From positions 3,378 through 67,377 of the forward strand of contig JAWOIO010000127.1 of NCBI GenBank assembly GCA_046484625.1: a stretch of 64,000 nucleotides of DNA, read 5' to 3'. Under the pieces are notes generated by a model. That model ran no database searches, was not told the origin of the DNA, and saw only the letters and a list, made by a program, of their open reading frames with translations. Below, one piece after another: positions 1-8,624 of this stretch. Each line of letters starts with the position of its first letter. Position 1 is the first letter of the stretch. This stretch comes from Acidimicrobiia bacterium. Lineage in GTDB: Bacteria; Actinomycetota; Acidimicrobiia; IMCC26256; PALSA-555. The translations under genes were made by a program, and so were the position numbers.

Positions 1-804
1 CGAGACGGAGAGCGCCGCGTTCGCGAGGTTCCAGCGTCCGGGGAGCGAGAGCGCGAGCGGGACGCGGCGTTCGTCGGCCGTACCGACGTCGAGGACGAGC
101 ATCTCGCCGTCGAGGTGATGCGTGGCATCGGGCTGCGCGAACCCGCATCCGCCCGACGCGGTCGGGCAGTCGAACCGGACGTCGTCCCAGTGCAAGAGCG
201 CGCCGCATGACGGGCATGTCGCCGCGTCCTGGCGCCAGCCGAGGCCGAGCGCGACCCAGGTGACCGCGGCGGGCTGTGCGGCCCAGACGACGTGGGGGTC
301 GGAGGCGTTGGCGATCACGGAGATGCCGGGATGGTCCGTCGTCACCTTCCGCCAGGCGTCGCCCACGGCGTGCACCTCGCCGTAGCGGTCGAGCTGGTCG
401 CGGCTGAGGTTGCCGAAGACGAGCAGCCGCGCGGCGAGTGGATCGACGACCCTGGGCACGACTCGCTCGTCGACCTCGAGGATCGCGTCACCGGGAGCCG
501 TCGCGCTCGCGAGGGTCGGGGCGATCCCGGACGTGAGGTTCGCGCCGGTGGAGTTGGTCACGAGCGAGCGACCGGAGGCGGCAACCGCGGCCGCGAGGAA
601 CCGCGTCGTGGTGGTCTTGCCGTTGGTCGCCGACACGAGGGTGACGCGATGGCCCTTCGCGAGCTGCGCGAGCAGATCGGGCGCGATCAGGTTCATCACC
701 CGTCCACTGATCGTCGCGCCCTGACCGCGGCCGGTCGCGCGCGACAGCCACCCCGTCGCCCGACCGGCGCCCACGGCGAGGCGCGTCCGCATGGTGCGCG
801 TCAT
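1..804 (-). CDS. Mur ligase family protein, MurT-like (N-terminal ~268 codons; 3' end lies beyond the window start)
   Basis: Absent from the ORF track because it runs off the edge. Manual translation from ATG 804 downward gives MTRTMRTRLAVG...VTLVSATNGKTTTTRFLAAAV (Mur-ligase P-loop) and a Cys-rich ribbon CPSCG...CPTASGGCG as in MurT. Its ATG overlaps the stop of the upstream methyltransferase (ATGA). Confidence 0.7.
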   Translation of the reverse strand, partial: MTRTMRTRLAVGAGRATGWLSRATGRGQGATISGRVMNLIAPDLLAQLAKGHRVTLVSATNGKTTTTRFLAAAVAASGRSLVTNSTGANLTSGIAPTLASATAPGDAILEVDERVVPRVVDPLAARLLVFGNLSRDQLDRYGEVHAVGDAWRKVTTDHPGISVIANASDPHVVWAAQPAAVTWVALGLGWRQDAATCPSCGALLHWDDVRFDCPTASGGCGFAQPDATHHLDGEMLVLDVGTADERRVPLALSLPGRWNLANAALSVS

Positions 805-1568
805 GCGACGCGCTCGCACCAGTAGGCGTCGACGCGGTAGGGGATCGCGAACTCGGACCGTCCGGCGATCTCCGGATGGGTGTCGAGCACGTCGCGGACC
901 TGGTCGAACACCGCGGCCTGCTCGGCGGGGGGCAGGACGGCAACATGGCTCACACCGGCGAACCGCGCGACCACTCCCTCGGCGTCCAGGACGTGCTCGT
1001 GGTGGAACGTCGCCTCGTGCAGCGGTCCGAAGCAGTGGCCGGCCTCGAGGGTCTCCTCCCGCCAGCCCTGGTCGTGCCACGGAGCGTGCTTCTCGACACG
1101 GTCCATGATCGACCACAAGGCGTCGGCCCAGTCGACGTTCCGCTCCCTGGTGTTGAAGACGAGCCCGAGCCGGCCCTCGACGCGCAGCACGCGTCGCAGC
1201 TCAGGCACGGCCACCTCGCCGTCGAACCAGTGGAACGCCTGCGCGACCGTCACGGCGTCGAGCGTCCCGTCGGCGAAGGGGAGCAACTCGGCCGTCGCCG
1301 CGACCGGGGGGACGACCGGGCAGGTGCGACGCAGGACCGCGGCCATGCCCTCGATCGGCTCGACGGCGAGGAGCCGGGCGCCGATGGGTTCGAGCAGTCG
1401 GGTGAGCTTGCCCGTCCCGGCTGCGAGGTCGCACACGCGTGCACCGGACGTGATCCGGCAGTGCTCCGCGAGCCACGCAACGGCGTCAGCGGGATAGGTG
1501 GGACGCGACCGCTCGTAGACGTCGGCGGTCGTGCCGAAGCCCTGCTGCGCGACATCGTGGACCGGCAT
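801..1568 (-). CDS. class I SAM-dependent methyltransferase
   Basis: 255-aa ORF with SAM-binding motif I (VCDLAAGTGKLTRLL) and an acidic post-I residue (LLAVEP). High GC3. Confidence 0.85.
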   Translation of the reverse strand: MPVHDVAQQGFGTTADVYERSRPTYPADAVAWLAEHCRITSGARVCDLAAGTGKLTRLLEPIGARLLAVEPIEGMAAVLRRTCPVVPPVAATAELLPFADGTLDAVTVAQAFHWFDGEVAVPELRRVLRVEGRLGLVFNTRERNVDWADALWSIMDRVEKHAPWHDQGWREETLEAGHCFGPLHEATFHHEHVLDAEGVVARFAGVSHVAVLPPAEQAAVFDQVRDVLDTHPEIAGRSEFAIPYRVDAYWCERVA

Positions 1569-1658
1569 CAGTCGATGTTGCCAGACCCAGTGGGCGGCGG
1601 AGGCTGCCGGTCTCGATTGTTCCGGTGCTCCAGCGGAGCGGCCCGGTAGCGTGCGCCC

Positions 1659-3392
1659 ATGCGGATGTCACAGGCCTTCCTCCGGACCCTGCGTGAGGAC
1701 CCCGCCGACGCCGAGATCTCGAGCCACCAGCTGCTCCTCCGGGGCGGCTTCATCCGCCGGCTGGCGAGCGGCGTCTACGCGTGGATGCCGCTCGGCCAAC
1801 GGGTCCTCGCCAAGGTCGCCCAGATCGTGCGCGAGGAGATGGACGCCGCCGGCGCCCAGGAGATGACGCTCCCGATCGCCCAGCCCCTCGAGCTGTGGGA
1901 GCGCTCCGGGCGCGACGAGACGTACGGGCCGCTGATGTTCCGGCTCGAGGACCGCAAGGACGTCGGCTTCTGCCTCTCGCCGACCGCCGAGGAGGCGATC
2001 ACGTCGATCGTCGCGGGTGAGCTGTCGAGCTACCGCGACCTCCCGGTGAACCTGTACCAGATCAACTGGAAGCACCGCGACGAGCTGCGCCCGCGCTTCG
2101 GGTTGCTCCGCGCCCGAGAGTTCCTCATGAAGGACGCCTACTCCTTCCACGTCGACGCCGACGACCTCCGTCGCACCTACCAGGACATGTACGACGCGTA
2201 CCAGCGCGTGTTCGAGCGGTGCGCGCTGCGCTTCCGTCCGGTCGAGGCGCAAGCCGGCGAGATCGGCGGCGATGTCAACCACGAGTTCATGGCGGTCGCG
2301 GAGGTGGGCGAGGACGACTTCGTCTGGTGCCCGAGCTGCGACTACGCGGCCAACGTCGAGGCCGCGCGCCGCGAGAGCGAGCACTCCCGACTGCACACCG
2401 AGGTGCCCGCGGTCGATGCCGCGGCGCGCGAGCGAGTGCACACCCCCGAGATGCCCGGAATCCAGGGTGTTGCCGAGCACCTGGGGGTCGAAGCCTCCGA
2501 GATGCTGAAGTGCATCGCGTTCGACGTCGACGGCGAGCTCGGCCTCGCGCTGGTGCCCGGTGACCGGGAGGTGAACGAGCACGCACTCGGACTCGCCGTC
2601 GCGCCTCGCACGGCGCGGCTGTACGACGACGCCGACTTCGCGGCGCGCTCCGACCTCCCGCGTGGCTACATCGGTCCTGACTTCGGGGGCGCGGCGCTCG
2701 TGGTCGCCGACCCGCTCGTCGGCGAGGAGCGGCCGTGGGTCACAGGCGCGAACGAGACCGACCATCACGTCCGACACGTGGTCCTCGGGCGCGACTTCCG
2801 GGTCGACCTCTGGGCCGATCTGGTCTCGGTCGTCTCGGGTGATCCCTGTCCCCGGTGCGGCTCGGAGCTCTCGGTCGACCGTGGCATCGAGGTGGGCCAC
2901 GTCTTCCAGCTCGGCACCAAGTACGCAGAGGCCCTCGACGCGACGTACACCGACGAAGACGGCAACCGTCACCCGATGGTGATGGGCTGCTACGGCATCG
3001 GGGTCTCTCGGATCGTGGCGGCGATCGTCGAGGAGCACCACGACGACGACGGCATGGTGTGGCCGGCCGCGCTCGCGCCGTACGACGTCCACCTCGTCGT
3101 GCTCCCCGGCCGGGGTGACGCGGCGGCCGGGGTGGTCGAGGCGGCCGATGCGCTCTACGAGTCCTTGACTGCCGCTGGGGCCCAGGTGCTCTACGACGAC
3201 CGTGATGTCTCGCCCGGTATCAAGTTCGCCGACGCCGATCTCCTCGGCATGCCGGTACGGCTCACCCTCGGCGCGAAGGGCGTCGCGCGCGGGATCGTCG
3301 AGCGGCGCTCCCGCGCGACGGGAGAGGACGACGAGATCCCGCTCGACGGCGCGGTCGCGACACTCGTCGCCTCGAAGCCAGCTGTGGGGTAG
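1659..3392 (+). CDS. proS: proline--tRNA ligase (bacterial type, with editing insertion)
   Basis: 577 aa. N-terminus MRMSQAFLRTLREDPADAEISSHQLLLRGGFIRRLASGVYAWMPLG and class II aaRS motifs (FRPRFGLLRAREFLMKDAYSF; GCYGIGVSR). Confidence 0.97.
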   Translation: MRMSQAFLRTLREDPADAEISSHQLLLRGGFIRRLASGVYAWMPLGQRVLAKVAQIVREEMDAAGAQEMTLPIAQPLELWERSGRDETYGPLMFRLEDRKDVGFCLSPTAEEAITSIVAGELSSYRDLPVNLYQINWKHRDELRPRFGLLRAREFLMKDAYSFHVDADDLRRTYQDMYDAYQRVFERCALRFRPVEAQAGEIGGDVNHEFMAVAEVGEDDFVWCPSCDYAANVEAARRESEHSRLHTEVPAVDAAARERVHTPEMPGIQGVAEHLGVEASEMLKCIAFDVDGELGLALVPGDREVNEHALGLAVAPRTARLYDDADFAARSDLPRGYIGPDFGGAALVVADPLVGEERPWVTGANETDHHVRHVVLGRDFRVDLWADLVSVVSGDPCPRCGSELSVDRGIEVGHVFQLGTKYAEALDATYTDEDGNRHPMVMGCYGIGVSRIVAAIVEEHHDDDGMVWPAALAPYDVHLVVLPGRGDAAAGVVEAADALYESLTAAGAQVLYDDRDVSPGIKFADADLLGMPVRLTLGAKGVARGIVERRSRATGEDDEIPLDGAVATLVASKPAVG

Positions 3393-3396
3393 TCGC

Positions 3397-4464
3397 GTGG
3401 CGCTCCCGGTCCCGGGTCCGGTCTCGCCGATGCTGGCGAAGCTCGTCCGCGACATGCCCGTCGGCGAGGGCTGGGCCTACGAGCCGAAATGGGACGGGTT
3501 CCGCTGCATCGTGTTCCGCGACGGCGACTCGGTGGAGCTCGGCAGCCGGAACGAGAAGCCGCTCACCCGGTACTTCCCCGAGATCCTCGAGCCGCTCAGA
3601 GCTGCGCTCCCCGAGCGCGCGGTGCTCGACGGCGAGCTGGTCATCGCGACCGACCACGGTCTCGACTTCGACCTCCTCTCGAACCGGATCCACCCGGCCG
3701 AGAGCCGGGTGGAGATGCTCGCAGGGGAGACCCCGGTGTCGTTCGTCGCGTTCGACCTGCTTGCCGTTGGCGACGAGGACGTGCGTGACGAGCCGTTCGC
3801 ACACCGGCGGGCGCGACTCGCCGACCTGCTCGCCGGTTCGACGTCGCCCGTGCACCTCACGCCCCTCACCACCGACGCGGCAACCGCACAGGGCTGGTTC
3901 GAGCGCTTCGAGGGCGCCGGCCTCGACGGGGTGATCGCCAAGCGCGTCGACGACCCGTACCGCGAGGGCAAGCGCACGATGCTCAAGATCAAGCACCTGC
4001 GCACCGCCGACTGCGCGGTCGCCGGTTACCGGCCGCACAAGGACGGCGACGGCGTGGGCTCGCTGCTGCTCGGCCTCTTCGACGACGCGGGCGTGCTGCA
4101 CCACGTCGGCGTGGCGAGCAGCTTCAAGGCCGAGCTGCGGTCCCAGCTCGCCGAGGAGCTCGCGCCGTACGAGGAGCACGCGCTCGACGAGCATCCCTGG
4201 CGCGACTGGCAGCAGGAGGACGCGCAGGCCGGGTCGCGCATGCCGGGCGGGCAGAGCCGCTGGAACGCCAAGAAGGACCTGTCGTGGGTGCCGCTGCGGC
4301 TCGAGCTCGTCGCCGAGGTGGCGTTCGAGCACGTGCAGGGCGACCGCTTTCGTCACACCGCACGCTTCCAACGGTGGCGACCCGACCGCACGCCGGAGTC
4401 GTGCACCTACGCCCAGCTCGACATCCCCGTCCCCGTCGAGCTCCACGAGGTGTTCGGCGTCTGA
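3397..4464 (+). CDS. ATP-dependent DNA ligase (LigC / LigD ligase-domain type)
   Basis: Adenylation motif I YEPKWDGFR, then FDLL...DEPF and LDGVIAK motifs. GTG 3397 lies 4 nt after the proS stop. The track's 3202 start overlaps proS and is unlikely. Confidence 0.9.
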   Translation: MALPVPGPVSPMLAKLVRDMPVGEGWAYEPKWDGFRCIVFRDGDSVELGSRNEKPLTRYFPEILEPLRAALPERAVLDGELVIATDHGLDFDLLSNRIHPAESRVEMLAGETPVSFVAFDLLAVGDEDVRDEPFAHRRARLADLLAGSTSPVHLTPLTTDAATAQGWFERFEGAGLDGVIAKRVDDPYREGKRTMLKIKHLRTADCAVAGYRPHKDGDGVGSLLLGLFDDAGVLHHVGVASSFKAELRSQLAEELAPYEEHALDEHPWRDWQQEDAQAGSRMPGGQSRWNAKKDLSWVPLRLELVAEVAFEHVQGDRFRHTARFQRWRPDRTPESCTYAQLDIPVPVELHEVFGV

Positions 4465-4720
4465 CGAGGTCTCGTCGTGACCTTCGGCCCTTTCGGGGCA
4501 TCGTCGCGATCCGGACGATGGGAATCATGGAGACGGAGACCGCGAGTCCGCCGAGGCTCCCGCCGGCGTGGTTCCGGCCGCCGGTCGACGGTGACGCCGG
4601 TGATCGTCCTCGAGCCGCGCGACGAGACCAGTTGACCGCGCGACAGCTTCGCCCGTTCGGCGCGGCCCTACGCTGTTCCCCGCGGCACTCCCGTCGATTG
4701 CTCGAACCAAGGAGGTTCAG

Positions 4721-5071
4721 GTGCAGGTCGTAGTCAGGACGGACCGAGGTGTCGAAGGCAGTGACGAGCTGACCCGTGAGGTCGAGGCCGAGGTCGATTC
4801 GGCACTGTCACGGTACGGCGAGCGTCTCACGCGGGTGGAGGTCCACCTGGGCGACGAGAACGCCGGCAAGCACGGCGCCGACGACAAGCGCTGCACGGTG
4901 GAGGCGCGGCCCTCGGGCATGAAGCCGGTGGCGGTGACGCACCATGCCGCGACGTCGGCCGAAGCGCTCCGGGGCGCGCTCCGCAAGCTGCAGAGTCGGT
5001 TCGAGAGCACGTTCGGCCGGCTGGACGATCGCAAGGGCCGCGACTCGATCCGCCGCCACAAGGGCGACTGA
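4721..5071 (+). CDS. HPF/RaiA-family ribosome-associated protein (short form)
   Basis: 116 aa with family-typical segments: MQVVVRTDRGVEGSDELT...LTRVEVHLGDENAGKHGADDKRCTVEARPSGMKPVAVTH...A. AGGAGG RBS at 4710-4716, GTG start. Confidence 0.75.
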   Translation: MQVVVRTDRGVEGSDELTREVEAEVDSALSRYGERLTRVEVHLGDENAGKHGADDKRCTVEARPSGMKPVAVTHHAATSAEALRGALRKLQSRFESTFGRLDDRKGRDSIRRHKGD

Positions 5072-5101
5072 CACAAGTCCGGCGACGACCCCGTTTCTCT
5101 T

Positions 5102-5140
5102 GGCGTCAGCAACCCGCTGTGAGAGCGGGTTGCTGACGCC
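5102..5140. terminator. perfect 17-bp stem / 5-nt loop hairpin between convergent genes
   Basis: GGCGTCAGCAACCCGCT (5102-5118) pairs with AGCGGGTTGCTGACGCC (5124-5140). It sits between the stops at 5071 (+) and 5147 (-). No trailing U-tract in either direction. Confidence 0.7.
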
Positions 5141-5146
5141 AAAACC

Positions 5147-6175
5147 TCAGTCGCGCTGCTTGGCGCGGCTGGGGGCGACGCGCGTCCCCTCGCCCTCCTG
5201 CTTGGCGAAGTGAGGTGGCCACGGCTCGTCGCCGAGACCGCCGGCCTCGTCGCGGGCCGCGAGCTCGAGCAACGGCTCGAGAGAGAATGCCCGGACCTCG
5301 AGCCCGGCTGCAGGGTCCCCGACCGACTCGAAGCGCGCGGGAACAGTCGCGATCGTGAGCTCGGCCGGGTCGGCTTCCATGAGCTCGTCCCACTCGAGCG
5401 GGCACGACACACGACCCTCGGGATTCGCGCGCACCGAGTACGCCGACGCGACCGTGCGGTCACGAGCGTTCTGGTTGTAGTCGAGGAACACCGTGTCGCC
5501 GCGCTCCTCCTTCCACCACTTCGATGTCGCGAGGTGGGGGACCCGCCGCTCGACCTCGCGGGCGAGCGCGAGCGCGGCCCGTCGACATTCGGTGAAGTCC
5601 CAGCGGGCCTCGATGCGCACGTTCACGTGGATGCCGCGTGACCCCGACGTCTTCGGGAACCCGACCAGCGCGTGCTCGTCGAGCACCTCGCGCACCACGC
5701 CGGCCACCTCCTGGACCGCCGAATAGGGGATCCCGGGCTGGGGGTCGAGGTCGACCCGCAGCTCGTCGGGATGGTCCACGTCGGCCCGGCGTACGGTCCA
5801 CGGGTTGAGGTCGAGGCACCCGAGGTTCGCGGCCCACACGACATGGGCCACGTCGACGGGGCACAGCTCGTCGGCGTGGCGGCCGCTCGGGAAGGTGACC
5901 CGCACCGTCTCGACCCACTCGGGGCGCTTGGCGGGGGCCCGCTTCTGGAAGAACGGCTCGCCGGTGGCCCCGTCGGGGTAGCGCTTGAGGACGGTGGGGC
6001 GCTCGAAGACCCCCCGGAGCGCGCCTTCGCCGACGGCCAGGTAGTACTGCGCCAGGTCGAGCTTCGTCTCGCCGCGGGCCGGGAAGTAGACCTTGTCCGG
6101 GTTCGTGACCTTGACCGGGCGCGTGGAGCCGTCCGCGGCGGGCGCGTCCACCTCCACGAACGGGGACGGGCTCAT
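5147..6175 (-). CDS. LigD-type primase-polymerase domain protein (stand-alone Prim-Pol)
   Basis: 342 aa. Contains VKVTNPDKVYFP, DLDP, KTSGSRGIHV and FLDYNQNARDRTVASAYSVR, the archaeo-eukaryotic primase motifs of the LigD polymerase domain. Confidence 0.9.
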   Translation of the reverse strand: MSPSPFVEVDAPAADGSTRPVKVTNPDKVYFPARGETKLDLAQYYLAVGEGALRGVFERPTVLKRYPDGATGEPFFQKRAPAKRPEWVETVRVTFPSGRHADELCPVDVAHVVWAANLGCLDLNPWTVRRADVDHPDELRVDLDPQPGIPYSAVQEVAGVVREVLDEHALVGFPKTSGSRGIHVNVRIEARWDFTECRRAALALAREVERRVPHLATSKWWKEERGDTVFLDYNQNARDRTVASAYSVRANPEGRVSCPLEWDELMEADPAELTIATVPARFESVGDPAAGLEVRAFSLEPLLELAARDEAGGLGDEPWPPHFAKQEGEGTRVAPSRAKQRD

Positions 6176-6368
6176 CGCGCCAGGCTAGGTCCGGTCCCGG
6201 GGTGGGCGGACGCCCTCCGCGACCCTCCGCGACCCTCTGCGGCGCGGCGCGGCGCGGTGGTGGTGACATGGGGAAGCTGGGCCGTTCTCTGGTACCATTT
6301 CTCCCGATCGTTCGTTCGCGAGCGGCCCCGCGCCCGCAGTGTTCGGGTGGGTGCGGGTGACTGCCCTC

Positions 6369-6399
6369 GACGTGGGCTTCGTGCCCACGTCTTTTTCTT
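6369..6399 (+). terminator. canonical intrinsic terminator / candidate attenuator in the rimP-nusA leader
   Basis: GACGTGGGC (6369-6377), loop TTCGT, GCCCACGTC (6383-6391), then TTTTTCTT (6392-6399). It lies about 10 nt upstream of the rimP RBS. Confidence 0.6.
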
Positions 6400-6413
6400 G
6401 ACCGGCACAGGAG

Positions 6414-7019
6414 GTGAGCACCATGAGTGAGGCACCGACGGCACTCGTGGACGTCCTCGAGCCGGTCCTCGATGCGCTGGCCCTGTCGCTCTACGACGTC
6501 GAGATCGTCGGGAGCAGTGGTACGCGCACCGTCCGCGTGCTCGTCGACGATCCGCAGGCCGCCGACGGCATCGGCCTCGACCAGATCGCCGTCGCCACCG
6601 AGGCGGTCTCCCCGGCGCTCGACCGGGCTGCCGACGACCCCGCGACCGGCGTGGCGCGGATCCTCCCCGGGGCGTACACCCTCGAGGTGAGCAGCCCCGG
6701 CCTGGAACGGCCCCTGCGCACCGTCGAGCACTGGCGTGGTGCGGTCGGCACGACCGTCTCCGTCCGGACGAGCCACGCCGACGAGACCCTTCGCCGGCGC
6801 GGGGTCGTGGTCGCAGTCGACGACCTCGGCGCCGACCTCGACATCGACGCCGAGCGCGAGCGCATCGCGTTCGCCGACGTCGTCCAGGCCCGCACGGTGT
6901 TCGAGTGGGGTCCCGCACCGAAGCCGGGCGGCCCGAAGTCGAAGAAGTCGAAGCCCGGGAGCCAACCGCAGGGCTCCAAGGCGCGCACACGGCGCGCGGA
7001 CGAGAAGGTGAAGCGATGA
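6414..7019 (+). CDS. rimP: ribosome maturation factor RimP
   Basis: Conserved position before nusA. Sequence LVDVLEPVLDALALSLYDVEIVG...RVLVD...LEVSSPGLERPL. ATG 6423 (10 nt after AGGAGG) is an equally good start. Confidence 0.9.
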   Translation: MSTMSEAPTALVDVLEPVLDALALSLYDVEIVGSSGTRTVRVLVDDPQAADGIGLDQIAVATEAVSPALDRAADDPATGVARILPGAYTLEVSSPGLERPLRTVEHWRGAVGTTVSVRTSHADETLRRRGVVVAVDDLGADLDIDAERERIAFADVVQARTVFEWGPAPKPGGPKSKKSKPGSQPQGSKARTRRADEKVKR

Positions 7020-8269
7020 ATTCCGAGATGATGGAGGCGCTCGAGAACATCGAGCGCGAGAAGGGCATCTCCGTCGAGATCATGCTCGAGGCGCTCGCGA
7101 ACGCGCTCGTCACCGCGTACAAGCGCATGCCGAACGCAGCCGAGGAAGCGCTCGTCGAGATCGACATCGAGACCGGCGACATCAAGGTCATCGCCCAGGA
7201 GCTCGACGAGGAGGGCAACGTCGTCCGCGAGTGGGACGACACCCCGTCGGACTTCGGCCGCATCGCGGCGCAGACGGCCAAGCAGGTCATCCTCCAGCGG
7301 ATCCGCGACGTCGAGCGCGAGAGCAAGTACGAGGAGTACGCCGGCAAGGAAGGCGAGATCGTCACCGGGATCATCCAGCAGACCGACCAGCGCTACACGC
7401 TGCTCGACCTCGGGCGCGTCGAGGCGCTGCTGCCGCAGGCCGAGCAGGTCCAGAACGAGCGCTACGAGCACGGCAGCCGGCTCAAGGCCTACATCGTCGA
7501 GGTCCGCAAGACGGCCAAGGGCCCCCAGATCGTGGTGTCGCGCACGCACCCGGGCCTCGTGAAGCGTCTCTTCGAGCTCGAGGTGCCCGAGATCGTCGAC
7601 GGGGTGGTCGAGCTCAAGGCCATCGCGCGCGAGCCCGGTCATCGCACGAAGATCGCGGTCGCGTCGAACGACAACCACGTCGACCCCGTCGGAGCGTGCG
7701 TCGGCGCGCGCGGCTCGCGCGTGCGCATGGTCGTCAACGAGCTGCGAGGCGAGAAGGTCGACATCGTCCCGTACTCCGACAACCCCGCCGACTTCGTCCA
7801 GAAGGCGCTCGCCCCCGCGCGAGTACGCGAGGTGCGGATCCACGAGGACACGGGCACGGCCGAGGTCATCGTCCCCGACTTCCAGCTCTCCCTCGCGATC
7901 GGCAAGGAGGGCCAGAACGCTCGACTGGCCGCGCGGCTCTCCGGTTGGCGCGTCGACATCAAGAGCGAGACCCAGCTCGCCGAGGAGGAGTCCGGCGACG
8001 TCGACTACGCCGAGGGCGAGTGGGTCAAGAACGCCGACGGCGAGCTGGTGTTCCAGCCGGCGGGCGGCGGTGAGGCGATCTCGGCTGCGGCCGCGGGCTA
8101 CGCGCTCACGGCACCCACGGAGGCCGAGGACGACGACGCGAAAGCTGATGACGCGAAGCCTGATGACGCGAAGCCGGATGACGCGAAGCCGGACGGCGCG
8201 AAGCCGGACGGCGCGAAGCCAGCCGCTGCTTCGGAGCCCGAGCCGGAGAAGGAGGAGACCGACGCGTGA
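7016..8269 (+). CDS. nusA: transcription termination/antitermination factor NusA
   Basis: MNSEMMEALENIEREKGISVEIMLEALANALVTAYK, followed by S1 and two KH regions (GACVGARGSRV; LAIGKEGQNARLA). ATGA overlap with the rimP stop. The track start at 6905 overlaps rimP. Confidence 0.97.
   Translation: MNSEMMEALENIEREKGISVEIMLEALANALVTAYKRMPNAAEEALVEIDIETGDIKVIAQELDEEGNVVREWDDTPSDFGRIAAQTAKQVILQRIRDVERESKYEEYAGKEGEIVTGIIQQTDQRYTLLDLGRVEALLPQAEQVQNERYEHGSRLKAYIVEVRKTAKGPQIVVSRTHPGLVKRLFELEVPEIVDGVVELKAIAREPGHRTKIAVASNDNHVDPVGACVGARGSRVRMVVNELRGEKVDIVPYSDNPADFVQKALAPARVREVRIHEDTGTAEVIVPDFQLSLAIGKEGQNARLAARLSGWRVDIKSETQLAEEESGDVDYAEGEWVKNADGELVFQPAGGGEAISAAAAGYALTAPTEAEDDDAKADDAKPDDAKPDDAKPDGAKPDGAKPAAASEPEPEKEETDA
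8132..8221 (+). repeat. 6 x 15-bp in-frame tandem repeat (DDAKP/DGAKP) in the NusA C-terminal tail
   Basis: GA(C/T)GACGCGAAAGCT-like units at 8132, 8147, 8162, 8177, 8192 and 8207. Confidence 0.9.
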
Positions 8270-8291
8270 GCAGTCCCACCTCCCGGAACGC

Positions 8292-8624
8292 ATGTGCGTC
8301 GGCTGTCGACGACGTTCGGCCGTCGACGAGCTCGTGCGGCTGTTCCGCGTCCCCGACGGCACCCTGGGGATCGGTGCGGGCGCCGGGCGCGGAGCGTGGC
8401 TGTGCGCGCCACCGTCGGGGCTCCACTGCCTCGAGACGGCACGCGAGCGGCGGGCACTCAACCACGCACTGCGGGCCGAGATCCGCGGCGCACGCATCGA
8501 CGACGTGCGCGCGAGACTGGAACGCCCGGAGTCGGCGTCCCACGACGGCGCGCGACACCCAGTAGACCGGTTCGACCGAGCGGAAACGGCACACGTTGGC
8601 AGTCAAGAAGATTCGGATCTATGA
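8292..8624 (+). CDS. ylxR: YlxR/DUF448 family RNA-binding protein
   Basis: MCVGCRRRSAVDELVRLF...GRGAWLC... motif in the conserved nusA-ylxR-infB position. It is in the frame of the 8070..8624 track ORF and overlaps the infB start by 29 nt. Confidence 0.8.
   Translation: MCVGCRRRSAVDELVRLFRVPDGTLGIGAGAGRGAWLCAPPSGLHCLETARERRALNHALRAEIRGARIDDVRARLERPESASHDGARHPVDRFDRAETAHVGSQEDSDL

Noticed and set aside
3202-3396. The N-terminal 65-codon extension of the DNA ligase ORF given in the track
   Set aside because: It lies entirely inside proS in another frame and encodes low-complexity Ser/Arg sequence. GTG 3397, just after the proS stop, gives a ligase of normal length.
5131-5145. 15-nt identity TGCTGACGCCAAAAC shared between the hairpin at 5131-5145 and 54239-54253
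   Set aside because: A rough expectation for chance 15-mer matches in 64 kb on both strands is of order 1-10, and higher with skewed composition. The flanks are unrelated, so I do not call it a repeat family.
6176-6368. A tRNA gene upstream of rimP, by analogy with metY in E. coli, which would explain the terminator at 6369-6399
   Set aside because: I could not find a cloverleaf-compatible sequence or a T-loop (GTTCRANYC) in this interval or anywhere else in the window.
6398-6403. TTGACC directly after the leader terminator as a -35 element for rimP
   Set aside because: Only 10-20 nt remain before the candidate start codons, leaving no room for a spacer, a -10 element and an RBS. I regard it as coincidental.
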